From Octopus sinensis (taxonomy: Eukaryota), in assembly GCF_006345805.1 (NCBI RefSeq), contig NC_043003.1, forward strand, positions 63,178,001 to 63,242,000: a stretch of 64,000 bases of DNA, in the 5' to 3' direction. Shown piece by piece: positions 52,921 to 64,000 of this stretch. The stretch's first letter is position 1. Every line of letters begins with the position of its first letter. Both the position numbers and the translations under genes were made by a program. A model generated the notes under the pieces. The model made no database searches, had not been told where the DNA came from, and was given only the letters and a program-made list of their open reading frames with translations.

Positions 52921-53266
52921 CATTGCACATCCAGAAAAGCATACTGGCTTCATTTCTTTGTGTGTATATGTATATATATAAATATAATCATCATCATCAT
53001 CATCATTTAACGTCTGCTTTCCATGCTAGCATGGGTTGGATGGTGCAACTGGGGTCTGGGAAGCCAGAAGGCTGCACCAGGCCCAGTCTGATCTGGCAGT
53101 GTTTCTACAGCTGGATGCCCTTCCTAACGCCAACCACTCTGTGAGTGTAGTGGGTACTTTTTATGTGCCACTGGCACAGGTGCCAGACGAGGATGGCAAA
53201 CGGCCACCAGCACGAAGACAACAAGAGAATGAAAGAGACCTCTATATTATGTAAATAGAGGAATTT

Positions 53267-53400
53267 ATCTGTAAATGTAATATGTGACAATTATTCGGTA
53301 GCCATGTTAAGATGGTGGCATGGATTTCTACCCCGACATCTAAAACTCAGAGGTTTATCATGGCTACCAAATAATTGTGACATATTACATTTACAGATAT
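53267..53400. repeat. Small fold-back, ~41 bp arms
   Basis: tatctgtaaatgtaatatgtgacaattattcggtagccatg and its reverse complement flank ~52 nt. Confidence 0.85.
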
Positions 53401-53407
53401 ATATATG

Positions 53408-53447
<40 letters not shown>

Positions 53448-53899
53448 GAAAGTAATAAGAAAAATAAGCAAAAATGCACATTGGAAATCAAAAAGAGTAA
53501 AGGCTTTTTATGAAAAGTAACGATTAGGTGAACTGAGATAGGAATAAAAGTAATAAAAGTCATTATTGTGAATTGTTAACGAGATTCAAAAGCAAAGCAT
53601 ACCGATTTCATGAATTTACTAATCATTGCTTTGAATGCACATTGATTAATGAATGGTATCAGGTCTACTAGTCCCTATATATGTATATATATATGTGAGA
53701 GTATAATTAAACATAGGCCATCGAACAAACATTAAAATGAGCTAACGACTTTATATATGGAAGCAAACCTCCAATGTACATCATATATAAATGAATATTA
53801 CCATGGGTTTCATAATATATAAATCAAAATATAAAATATATAAGACATATAAATACAGAAAATCACCAAGATCTTGTATATGTGTCCTATCTCTCTTTT

Positions 53900-53982
53900 C
53901 ATCCTGACGAGGGTGGGGTCCATTGCTGTGATATGCATCAATTGCAATCTATGGTGATGTGCTCCTCAAATGGCCATAGATG
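53900..53982 (+). ncRNA. CpG-decayed hammerhead fold
   Basis: CATC-CTGACGA-ggg...cctc-AAAtggccAtA-GATG; restores approximately to GAAAC-GGCC-GTA by reversing CpG-type changes. Confidence 0.55.
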
Positions 53983-54262
53983 ATGTGTTTAGTTTAATTG
54001 GTGAATCCTTACTCTTGAATTATTATATTCTGTGTGGACATATTTTTTGATTCGGAAAAAAAGAAAAATTACTCATGGATTATTACCTTTGGTGTGAGTG
54101 AAGTAACTATAACTTTTTAGTTGATTTATTCATTATTTGATTGCCTGCTTTCTCAACTTTTTCAGCACGACTTATTATTAGTATTTTAAAGTGTTTTATA
54201 AATTTTTAGTCGTTTTTTGATGGGACGTTCCTATACTTGTTTTTTTTTTTTTATTTTGCATA

Positions 54263-54660
54263 GGCGTAGGAGTGGCTGTGTAGTAAGTAGCTTTTTTACA
54301 AACCACATGGTTCCAAGTTCAGTCCCACTGTGTGGCACCTTGGGCAAGTGTCTTCTACTATAGCCTCAGGCCGACCAAAGCCTTGTAAGTGGATATATTA
54401 GATGGAAACTGAAAGAAGCCCATTGTATATATGTGTGTATGTTTGTGTGTCTGTGTTTGTTTGTCCCCACCAACATCGCTTGACAACTGATGCTGGTGTG
54501 TCTACATCCCTATAACTTAGCGGTTTGGCAAAAGAGACCAATAGAATAAGTACTAGGCTTACAAAGAATAAGTCCTGGAGTCGATTTGCTCGACTGAAAA
54601 GGCGGCGCTCCAGCATGGCCACAGTCAAATGACTGAAACAAGTAAAAGAGTAAAGAGTAT
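54263..54660 (+). mobile_element. SINE family A copy (full length)
   Basis: Complete head to tail. Confidence 0.9.
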
Positions 54661-56004
54661 ATATATATATATATATTTTTACCTTGGTGGTTTTCTGTAT
54701 TTGTATGTCTTATATATTTTGGTTTTTGATTTATATATTATGAAAGCCATGGTAATATTTATTTGTATATGATGTATGTTGGAGGTTTGATGCCACATAT
54801 AAAGTTTTTAATTCATTTTAATGTTTGTTTTATGACCTATGTTTAATTATCATTGCCTCATTTATTTGAGCACATCTTTTTTGCAGTCCTATTAATTCTT
54901 TATCTCTTTTGAAAGAAACAATAGTCATTTCTAGATGTATTATATATATATATATATATATACATACATATAAAAAAACACCCACTACACTCTCGGAGTG
55001 GTTGGCATTAGGAAAAGCATTCAACTGTAAAAACATTGCCAGGTCAGATTGGAGCCTGGGGAAGCCGTTGGGTTTCCAGACTTCAGTCAAACCATCCAAC
55101 CCACACCAGCATGGAAAGCGGACATCAAACGATGATGATAATGATGAATGACATACAACAGACTTCTTTCAGTTTCTTATTTCTTTATTGCCCACAAGGG
55201 GCTAAACATAGAGGGGACAAACAAGGACAGACAAAGGGGTTAAGTCATTTACATCGACCCCAGTGTGTAACTGATACTTAATTTATCGACACCCCGAAAG
55301 GCTGAAAGGCAAAGTTGACCTTGGCGGAATTTGAAATCAGAACGTAATGGCAGACGAAATACCACTATGCATTTCCCCTGGCACTAACGTTTCTGCCAGC
55401 TCGCCGCCTTTCAGTTTCTGTCTGCCAAATGCATTCACAAGGCTTTGGTCAGCTTGAGGCTTTAGTAGAGGACACTTTCCCAAGGTGCCATACCATCAGA
55501 CTGAACCCAGAACCATGAGGTTGGGAAGCAAACTTTTTAGCACATAGCCACACCTGCATATTCAGGAAAAATGTTTTTATTGCATCAAAGTCTGTCCAGC
55601 TTCACATCTAGGGCCCATGTTGTTTGAAAAGAGTGCATCATATATGCCAATACAAAGTCTATATATTTATTTCTCATTCAACATTTGCATTTGTCTATTT
55701 CTGTTCAATACTAGGTTTGTCTTTATAAGAAAAGACATTTAGTATTTTTTATTATTATTTATATTCATCAATATTGTCATCACTGTCATTGTAGCATTCA
55801 TTTTTCTATGTTTGCATGAACTTGATGCTATTCACAGAGGCAGATTTTCAGCAGCTGGATGCCCTTCCTATTGCCAACATTGGCTAAGTAATATTTCCCC
55901 ATGGCCCAGCATATTTTTACAGATGATTGGAAACAAAAGGCACTGCTTCTATGATGGGGACACTCATTTATAAGTATCACACACACATATATAAGTATAT
56001 ATGC

Positions 56005-56038
<34 letters not shown>

Positions 56039-57192
56039 CAGGATATCCTGTAGCTTATTCTGATTTTAATCACCTTACTTTGAAACTGTATGGATAATAC
56101 CGTACTAAATTCTGGTACCTCAACTTAAGTACTTAATTCATCTGAATCTAAATTTTTGCTTATGTATGTATATATATATTCACACACCTCTGGTAGTGCA
56201 AAGCACTTGTGGTGGTTCCACATAAATGCACCCGTGCAGTGTCATGCAAAAGTTTCCACCACACTCCGTAAAGTGGTTGGCAAAAGGAAGGGCATCCAGC
56301 CATAGAAACCATGCCAAATCAGACTGGAGTTAGGTGCAGTTCCTTAGCTTGCCAGCTTCTGTCAAAACGTCCAACCCATGCCAGCATGGACAATGGACAT
56401 TAAGTGGTGATGATGATATATATAAGTGGTGTCAAAGAGTTCCTGGACTGGTAATGTTTCATAAAAGTCAACTTATTTACCTAAGACGAGAAAACCCCAG
56501 ATGTCTCAACACAAAACATTCTTTATTGTTATCCAATCCATAGACACGATTTGATCATGTGATGCTGATTATTTAAGCTTACATTGTGATTCATCCAGAG
56601 AAAAAACACATTATGGACATAGATATACATTGACTCATCATTCCTGCCACCTTTGGAATCCAGCCTGGAAGTCGGTCTCCGTAAATGAATCAAGGACCTT
56701 CTGCAATTCGCTCTGGATCTTGACAATGGTATTAAAATGGCAAGCTTTGAGCTGCATTTTCATCTTGGGGAAAAGATGGATGTCTGCAGGTGCTAAATCT
56801 AGTGAAGAAGGCAGGAGCAAAAGTAATACCTTGTTGTTTTTTATGAGAAACTCACAACTGAAGAGAGCTTGATGACAGGGTGCATTGTTCTCATGAAGAA
56901 TCTAATTCTTCATGCTCCACAGATCCAATTGCTTTCATCGCATCTCCTTCAAATATTGCAGTAGAACTCTTAATTGACAGACTGGCTCTAGAGGACAAAT
57001 TCTCAATGATGCATAATACTATATTTCATGGCAGGTCTCCCAGAGACTTCCTTCCACTTTTGAAGCATCCGTGCCACTCAAAACATTGCATACAACCCAT
57101 TGCTTCATCGCTATAAATGGTGGTGCTCAATGCCAAAGCATGTTCAATGTTTCTGTAGCAGACTTTCCAAGTTTAACATAGAATTTCACATT

Positions 57193-57486
57193 ATTTACAT
57201 TTGACGGATATTTGTCCTCATCTTGTTTGTTGTTATCACAATATTTCAGCTGATATACTCTCCAACCTTCATCAGGTGTCTTGGGGAAATTTTGAAATTG
57301 GGTTTTCATTCCTAAGGTATTTTTCGATGTTGTTGTTATTATTATTATTATTATTATTATTCCAGTCACTACCTGGAATTGAACTTAGAATCTTGGGGCT
57401 AGTACTTGTGCTCTTAACCACTAAGCCACGGGCATATGGCGTAGTGGTTAAGAGCGTGGGCTTCTAACCCCAAGAATCCGAGTTTG
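57193..57486 (-). mobile_element. tRNA-head/HHR-tail SINE plus inverted head, 15 bp TSD
   Basis: TSD atagaatttcacatt at 57178-57192 and 57487-57501; second head starts 57430 on the + strand. Confidence 0.9.
57235..57280 (-). ncRNA. Minimal type I hammerhead in the SINE tail
   Basis: GACAC-CTGATGA-a-GGTTG gagagtatat CAGCT-GAAA-ta-TT-GTGAT. Confidence 0.7.
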
Positions 57487-57728
57487 ATAGAATTTCACAT
57501 TGTTTCTTTGTTCCACTCCATGACAAAAATTGCAGACTACCGCGTACACGTGATCACAAAAATACAAATTTCATAACTTGTGAAGTAAACACAGTGATAT
57601 CACTTGGCACACCGCCTCAAGAAGGTTACTGCTCACTCTCACAGAGCACACAACTGTGTACTGCCATCTGTTGGCATGCTACAGAACTAGTCTGGGAAAC
57701 TGTTTGATACCACCTCATACACAATATA

Positions 57729-57940
57729 CAGGGTGTCCATAAATTCTCTTAACAGCTTCCGCTATTTTTTGTAGCTATTTATTGCATGGAACCAACAGAA
57801 CCAACAAGGAAGTCTGCTGAAGTTTCTAATAAAACTTTATTTTTTTGCCTATGTTTTCCAATAAACTCTGCTGAGTTACTCCTTATTTTTAATTTTTTAT
57901 GAATGTTTTAAATTGTAAAGATAATTTATGGACACCACGT
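57729..57940. mobile_element. Tc1/mariner-type MITE
   Basis: TA-flanked TIRs cagggtgtccataaatt / aatttatggacaccacg. Confidence 0.75.
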
Positions 57941-59514
57941 AATTCATTTAGGAAGATTGTCAGAAAATGGTTTAAAATTCAAGGCCTTCACTAAAAATTG
58001 AGAGAATTTGAAGAACCAAGCATTATAATCATGGCATATAATCTAATAATAAACAATTTCCTGATTGCTTTATTCCAAAAACCTTTTTAAAAAGATTTTT
58101 CCAGCATTATGTTATTTCCTTTGTCTCTCCTTTGTATGATATATTAGTTGATAATTTAACTTCAGATCTTTGCTTATATTCTTGAACTTTTGGAGAAAGT
58201 TTCAGTGAAAATATAAAATCCATTAATAATGTAGAATAATGTTTAAGATTTACCTATTTCCACAACACATTTCATACAATTCATAATTAAGTAAAATTTT
58301 GTTTTGAACATATGTAAAAATGGACTATTTTTATATTTCCTATATGTGTCTTATTTAATCTGTTTAAATTTTTACTTTGATCTTCTCTAAACAACCTTAC
58401 AAATCTTTTTGATGAAGTGTATTCTTCAGGTATAGAGGTATAGAGGGGGAATATGCAGAAGAGTACAAGAAGTAGAAACTTTCATCTGCCTCTTTCAAAA
58501 TAGTTGATTTATTTCAACATAAAACGGTGCAGTTAGTGCAATAAATCACGTGTGAAATAACCTTATTGTAATTGTGAACCCTAATGCTAAAGTTGATTAG
58601 AAAAGAGTTTGAGATTTTATTATGTCAAATTCTCTCCAAACTTTGTCTAGTTACAAGAAGCAGGGAATCTCTGAGAGAAATTGAGTAGAAATCAATAGTT
58701 GCTTAATCTATCCATTTATAAGAGTCAGAAAAAGAATCACCCAAATATAATTACTCCGGTGAAACAAAGTTTGAATTACATTCACTGTTGCAGTAATCAA
58801 ATGTGTTTGGAAATTAAGGTCAGCATCATGCATGAAACCATTAGGCTACAGATTAAATCCACTTGATTAAATTAAGTATTATGCTGGGGAAATTTAAACA
58901 CAAACACCACAAAATAAAATCAAAACTTGTTTTCCTGCTTTGAATAAACAGAAATGTGTATGACTATAGTTAACTCTATGGACATTAACGCTCTGTTGTG
59001 TTGTTGCTGTTGCTGTTACTGGGGGTAGTGGTGGTGGTGATGGTGATGATAGTGGTGGTGCAGGTCTCTTTCACATGTCATACAGTTGCAGCAACCATGT
59101 CAGCTTCTCTCAGACTAGTTACGATGATACACTGTTGTGTAATTATTCGAGGACTTGCACAACACATTAATGACAGCAGATGGCACTTAACTGCCCATTT
59201 CACCCCAAGAAGTCACAAGGTGAGGACATAGAGTACTCAATGGGATTTTAGTTGTGTGATTTATCATGCTAGAAGTTTCTAGAACTATACACACATACAC
59301 ACACACACATTTAGAGCAGACACTAAAACATGACTTGTTGTGCAATTGATGTAAGTATCTATGTGTATTAGTGTGTGTGTGTGTAATTGTGTATGTGTGT
59401 GTGTGTATGATTGTGTGTGTGTATCTGTGTGTTTGTGCAACTGTGTGTGTATGATTGTGTGTCTGTCTGTGTGTCACTGTGTCTGTGTTATTGTGTGTGT
59501 GTGTGTGTGTATAG

Positions 59515-59940
59515 GTGCAGTTGTGGCTGTGTGGAAAGAAGTTTGCTTCCCAACCACATGATTCTGGGTTCAACTCTACTGCATGGCACCTTAGACTAGT
59601 GTCTTCTATTTTAGCCTCAGTCTGACCAAAGATGTGTGAGGGGATTTAGTAGACAGAAACTGAAAGAAGCCAATCAAATATATATCTGTGTGTGTGTGTG
59701 TGTGTATGTGTTTGTCCCCTGCCATTATTTGACAATCGATGTTAGTGTGTTTGCATCACCATAACTTAGCAGTTCAGCAAAAGAAACTGATAGAATAAGT
59801 GCCAGACTTTAAAAAAATATTGCAGTCGATTTGTTCAACTAAGATTCTTCAAGGTGACGCCCCAGCAGTCGAATGGCCACAGTCGAATGACTGAACCAAG
59901 TAACAAATAAAAAACAAGATAAAAGATAAAGATTTGTATA
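59515..59940 (+). mobile_element. SINE family A copy
   Basis: Colinear with family A. Confidence 0.8.
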
Positions 59941-60754
59941 TCCAAACACAGACATGGTTGTGTGGTTGAGGTGCTGTTTGCTTACAAAAGACTCAGTGTC
60001 AGGTTCAGTTCCAATGCATGGCACATTGGGCTGGCCTCTTCCCCAACAGCCTCATAACCTCAAGCCAACCCAAACCGCATGAATGGATTTCAGTGGACAG
60101 TAAATGAAAGAAGCCCATCTGATGTAAGACGACATATGATACTGGCAGGAGATGAGTCACCTTGAGGTCCATCAAGCTGATGCAGGAATGGAAAATAGCC
60201 GACATCACAAAATGATGCTGAGAATATTCTTGCATGATGGAAAACTTGCTGTAAGAAACGATGTCATATATTTGTTGAGCACTTTGGGGAAAATTACCAT
60301 GCTAAGACTAATTATGATGAGAATTGCTCTGAGGAAAATGTGCATCTTTTCTACTATAGGCATAAAGCCTGAAATTTGTTGGGGAGGAAACTAGTCAATT
60401 ACATCGACCCCAGTGTTTCACTGGTACTTATTTTACTGACCCCCAAAAAGATGAAAGGCAAAATTGACCTTGGCGGAATTTGAACTCAGAACGTAGCAAT
60501 AGGCAAAATACTGCTAAACGTTTCGTCCAGCATGCTAATGATTCTATCAGTTCGCTGCCATGGAAAATGTACATCTTATCATCAATGACATGTCCAACTA
60601 AGAAGTTAATTTCACATTCAGCACTATGAAATAGCTTTTCCTTGAAAGACATGTTCATCCAGTTGGATACAAACATTTACTTGTTTTTCAATACATTTGT
60701 TCATTCTAAGCATTTTTATAACTAAATCCACATGCATTTACTACTGGTCATAGT

Positions 60755-61125
60755 GGAGGTGCAATGGCCCAGTGGTAAGGGCAGCGGACTTGTGGTTTCA
60801 ATTCCCAGACAGGGCATTGTGAGTGTTTATTGAGCGAAAACACCTAAAGCTCCATAAGGCTCTGGCAGGATGGGGGGAGGGGGGGAACCCTGCTGTACTC
60901 TTTCACCACAACTTTCTCTCACTCTTTCTTCCTGCTTCTGTTGTACCTGTATTTCAAAGGGCCAGCCTTGTCACACACTGTGTCATGCTGAATCTCCCGA
61001 GGACTACGTTAAGGGTACCTGTATCTGTGGAGTGCTCAGCCACTTGCATGTTAATTTCACGAGCAGGCTGTTCCGTTGATGGAATCAACTGGAACCCTCG
61101 TTGTCATAACTGACAGAGTGCCACT
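60755..61125 (+). mobile_element. tRNA-derived SINE family D
   Basis: A-box tggcccagtggtaag, B-box-like ggtttcaattccc; 3' part matches the 15911 and 18295 copies. Confidence 0.8.
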
Positions 61126-61224
61126 GGTTATAGAGACATTCTTTCTTTAACACTGGCTGACAAGTGATACAGTTCTTGAGACAATGTTCCGTCACTGAAG
61201 ATTTGCTATGAGTTAAGATAAATT

Positions 61225-61440
61225 AGTTAAGTTAAGTTAAGTTAATTTTTTGGCTCAAAAAGCAAAAAGCAAGGCCATGTAGGGGAACATGGAGTTATGT
61301 ACAGGGTGGTGTTCATGCAAAGAGTTCAGGTCATTTGTGGTCAAGGGAGATTTTGAACCGAGCGGTCATTGGCATCTTCGCTATCTCGTCCAGCAGCTTA
61401 TTCCACGGATCCACAACCCGGACGGAGAAAGCCCCTATCA
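61225..61440 (-). pseudogene. CR1-clade LINE 3' end with (AACTT)n tail
   Basis: AFSVRVVDPWNKLLDEIAKMP..ARFKISLD, similar to FSVRVVNxWNxLP. Confidence 0.8.
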
Positions 61441-61559
61441 TGCATATTTCTTTTATACAATGTTTCAGAAGCTGGCTTCTTTATGTATATTCTTTCACTG
61501 AAATGACTTGAGCCAGAAGTTATTGATAATATTCCTCCTTAACAATATCTTGGACTCTC

Positions 61560-62330
61560 ACCAAGAGACTTAGGTGCATGCTGGATGGTGCCTATACCAA
61601 AATGTTACGTGCAGAGCTCAACATCTCTTGGAAAGAGCACCCAACGAAACAACTGTTATATGGGAATGTACCAACTTTCTCATCAACCATCCAAAAGCGG
61701 AGATTGAGGTTTGCTGGCCACAGCTGGAGAAGTAAAGAACTTGTGAGTAATGAGTTGCTGTGGACACCAAATCATGGTATCACAGTGGCTGGAAGACCAC
61801 AGAAGATATCTTTATATATAAAAGTAAGGTTGTGTGCTGTCTGTCTCCTACGATTTAGATTCCTAACTACTCCCACATTTTGTGGTGCAGTTTAACCAAA
61901 ACCGGATATCTTATAGTCATGATTAATATCGAGCCCTTCTAGGTATTAGCGCGCATCTACGATGAGTCTACGATTTAAAAAAAAATTTACCATCAATTTT
62001 TCCCATTTTAATGCATTTTTGGCATATGTAAGGGAAGTAACTCTCTAAAAATTTATTATTAAATCTCAGAACGTAAAAAGCTACAATAACACCCCCCCCC
62101 TTTGTGGTTAGCCATATTAAGATGGCTATTATACTTTACATCTCTAAAAATGCTTATATAGTTATTTCCCTTACAGACCCGAGCAACGCTGGGCGATACT
62201 GCTAGCGTATATATATAACAGCTTGCAGATGTTGGATGCCAAGTTGAAGACCCGAAAACACTAATGGAAGATTGGGAGGGATGGAGAGAGGTAGTCAGGC
62301 TAGCCCAGGCAATCAGCCAGACTGATGCCT
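61560..62330 (+). pseudogene. RTE-clade LINE C-terminus interrupted by a Helitron-like element
   Basis: LDGAYTKMLRAELNISWKEHPTKQLLYG...RRLRFAGHSWR...GRPQK continues after the insertion as YxQLADVGCQVED...WEGWRE. Confidence 0.85.
61809..62205 (+). mobile_element. Non-autonomous Helitron-like element
   Basis: 5' TC start (tctttatatataaaag), 3' GC hairpin cccgagcaacgctggg followed by CTAG, no TSD, splits the RTE frame. Confidence 0.7.
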
Positions 62331-63554
62331 CAATATAAAAAAATAAACAATATCTAAGTCATTCAATGATGTCTTTGTATTATTTGTGACCAAACAAATT
62401 GGTGTTGTTGCTTGCTCTCCGGTCAGTCCTAATTAAAGGTTATTAAAACCATGAATATCTGGTCACTTTTTACAGTGATAGCAAGCCATTGGCATTATCT
62501 ATTCCACCTTCTTTCTTTAAAGGGTTAGGGTGTGGTTTGGGTTAGGAAATTTGGTTACCATTTTTGGTAAGTTTAGTGGTTAAATAGAGGCTCTCTTTGT
62601 GGTTTGTATATGCATGTGGCACATCATACATTTACATTATGGTCATTTTTACATAAGGTGTACACACTGCCGGACCATTTGAGAGTGGAGAAATGTACAT
62701 TGAAATTAATATTCTTGAGATAAATGTTTGTAACATCACTATTACTACTGAGAATTCTTTGAAACTTGAAACTTTGAACATGGTGCTTTGAGTTCAAATT
62801 TAAAACTTTGGATGCAGTGCTCTAGGTCAGAGGTTTAAATGTCATGTATTCATTTCTCTGTTTCTTTTGATTTGGCACAATGCCTACAGGGCAGGGCAGA
62901 TATTAATACATTTTCTTTGGCCAAATTTGTCAAATCATCAAATTAGAAGTCATTTCAGTATGAAGATCCAAATAATGACATCAAATTTTAAACTTTTAAT
63001 AGATATTTATGATAGATATTCTTTTCTACTCTAGGCACAAGGCCTGAAATTTTGGGGGATGGGGCTAGTTGATTAGATCGACCCCAGTATGCAACTGGTA
63101 CTTAATTTATCGACCCCGAAAGGATGAAAGGCAAAGTTGACCTTGACAGAATCTGAACTCAGAACGTAAAGACAGACAAAATACCGCTTAGCATTTCGCC
63201 CAGGATGATAACGATTCTGTCAGCTCGCCACCTTTCTGATGAATATTAACCATCTCATGGTTAACATTGTTTACTTTTTAAGGTCTTATAGTTTGGACAA
63301 TCACAATGGAAAAAAATGATTGGTTGGGTCTGCTACCTAGATTAACATGCATCCCTGGTCCTAAGATATCTGTAACTGGAATATTGGCAGAGCCTCCAAC
63401 ATCTAGGAATTGAATCCAAATCACAGTGTTGGAATATGAATGCTACTCAAGTGCTATTCAATGAGTTCTGCTCAATGAGTGCTACTCTTCATTATTTGAT
63501 TGAGTCATTTGAAGAAAAGGCAATGACTTATTTCAGTCAGCTGCACAAATATCG

Positions 63555-63860
63555 TTTATCTTTTACTTGTTTCAGTTATAGGACAGTGGCCATACTGGAG
63601 CACTGCATGAAGAGTTGCTGAGCTACTACTTTACAGGCATGTAAACAAACCAAATCTGGCTGTTGAGCAGCAGGAGAACAAACACAAAGACACAAACACA
63701 TTTGGCAGTATTCTACACAGTTTTTATCTACCAAATCCACTCATAAGGCATTGGTTAGCTTCAGGCGGAAAGAGAAGACACTTGCCCCAGGTGTAACATG
63801 ATGGAAATGCAAGTGGAACCATGTGGTTGGGAAGCAAACTTCTTATCACACAGTCATGCT
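63555..63860 (-). mobile_element. Diverged SINE family A copy
   Basis: Family motifs present but eroded. Confidence 0.7.
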
Positions 63861-64000
63861 TGTAGCCTTAGGCTTCCTTACAGTTTCCATCTACCAAATT
63901 CTCCCAAAAGACATTGGTTGGCTTGGGAATCTAGTAGAAGATATTTGCCCAAGATGCCATGCAGTGGAACCACTAGTGTAGCTAGCAGGGCAGTAGGGGG

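Larger units (their letters stand above)
53755..54800. repeat. Inverted ~115 bp arms (53755-53870, 54683-54800) enclosing a decayed HHR and a SINE A
   Basis: Arms align as reverse complements; HHR at 53900-53982. Confidence 0.8.
56423..57717 (-). mobile_element. Mariner-type transposon derivative
   Basis: ORF 56638-56820 SLDLAPADIHLFPKMKMQLKACHF resembles mariner YSPDLAPxDFxLF; TIR ...gataccacctca followed by TA. Confidence 0.85.

Noticed and set aside
59110-59219. Plus-strand exon candidate ending at aag|gtgagg
   Set aside because: Adjacent to microsatellite, no homology, single weak line of evidence

Overview
AT-rich, repeat-dense eukaryotic DNA. The SINE families and microsatellite load look like an octopod cephalopod (Octopus-like); this is recognition from memory, not a search. 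I can support no intact host protein-coding gene: the ORF track is almost all microsatellite, SINE or decayed-transposon artefact, and only a few orphan exon candidates exist. The window holds many tRNA-derived SINE copies and decayed coding relics of pogo, Tc1/mariner, R4/Dong, RTE, CR1, L1/Tx1, Gypsy, Penelope-like (PLE) and a Helitron-like element. The main unexplained structure is a set of about 10 sequence-unrelated type I hammerhead-ribozyme (HHR) folds with palindromic mini-helix III. Most sit in fold-back or partial-tandem insertions, and four insertions have exact 10-15 bp target-site duplications (TSDs). They include: a core-intact HHR with a long stem II (20767-20888); two unrelated families with the compensatory U3:A8 core (40422-40464, 31555-31730); a ~360 bp non-coding mini-PLE/retrozyme-like unit; and a tRNA-headed SINE with an HHR-bearing tail that inserts as head-to-head palindromes (49699-50264, 57193-57486). 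All folds were paired by eye, and activity and novelty are untested.
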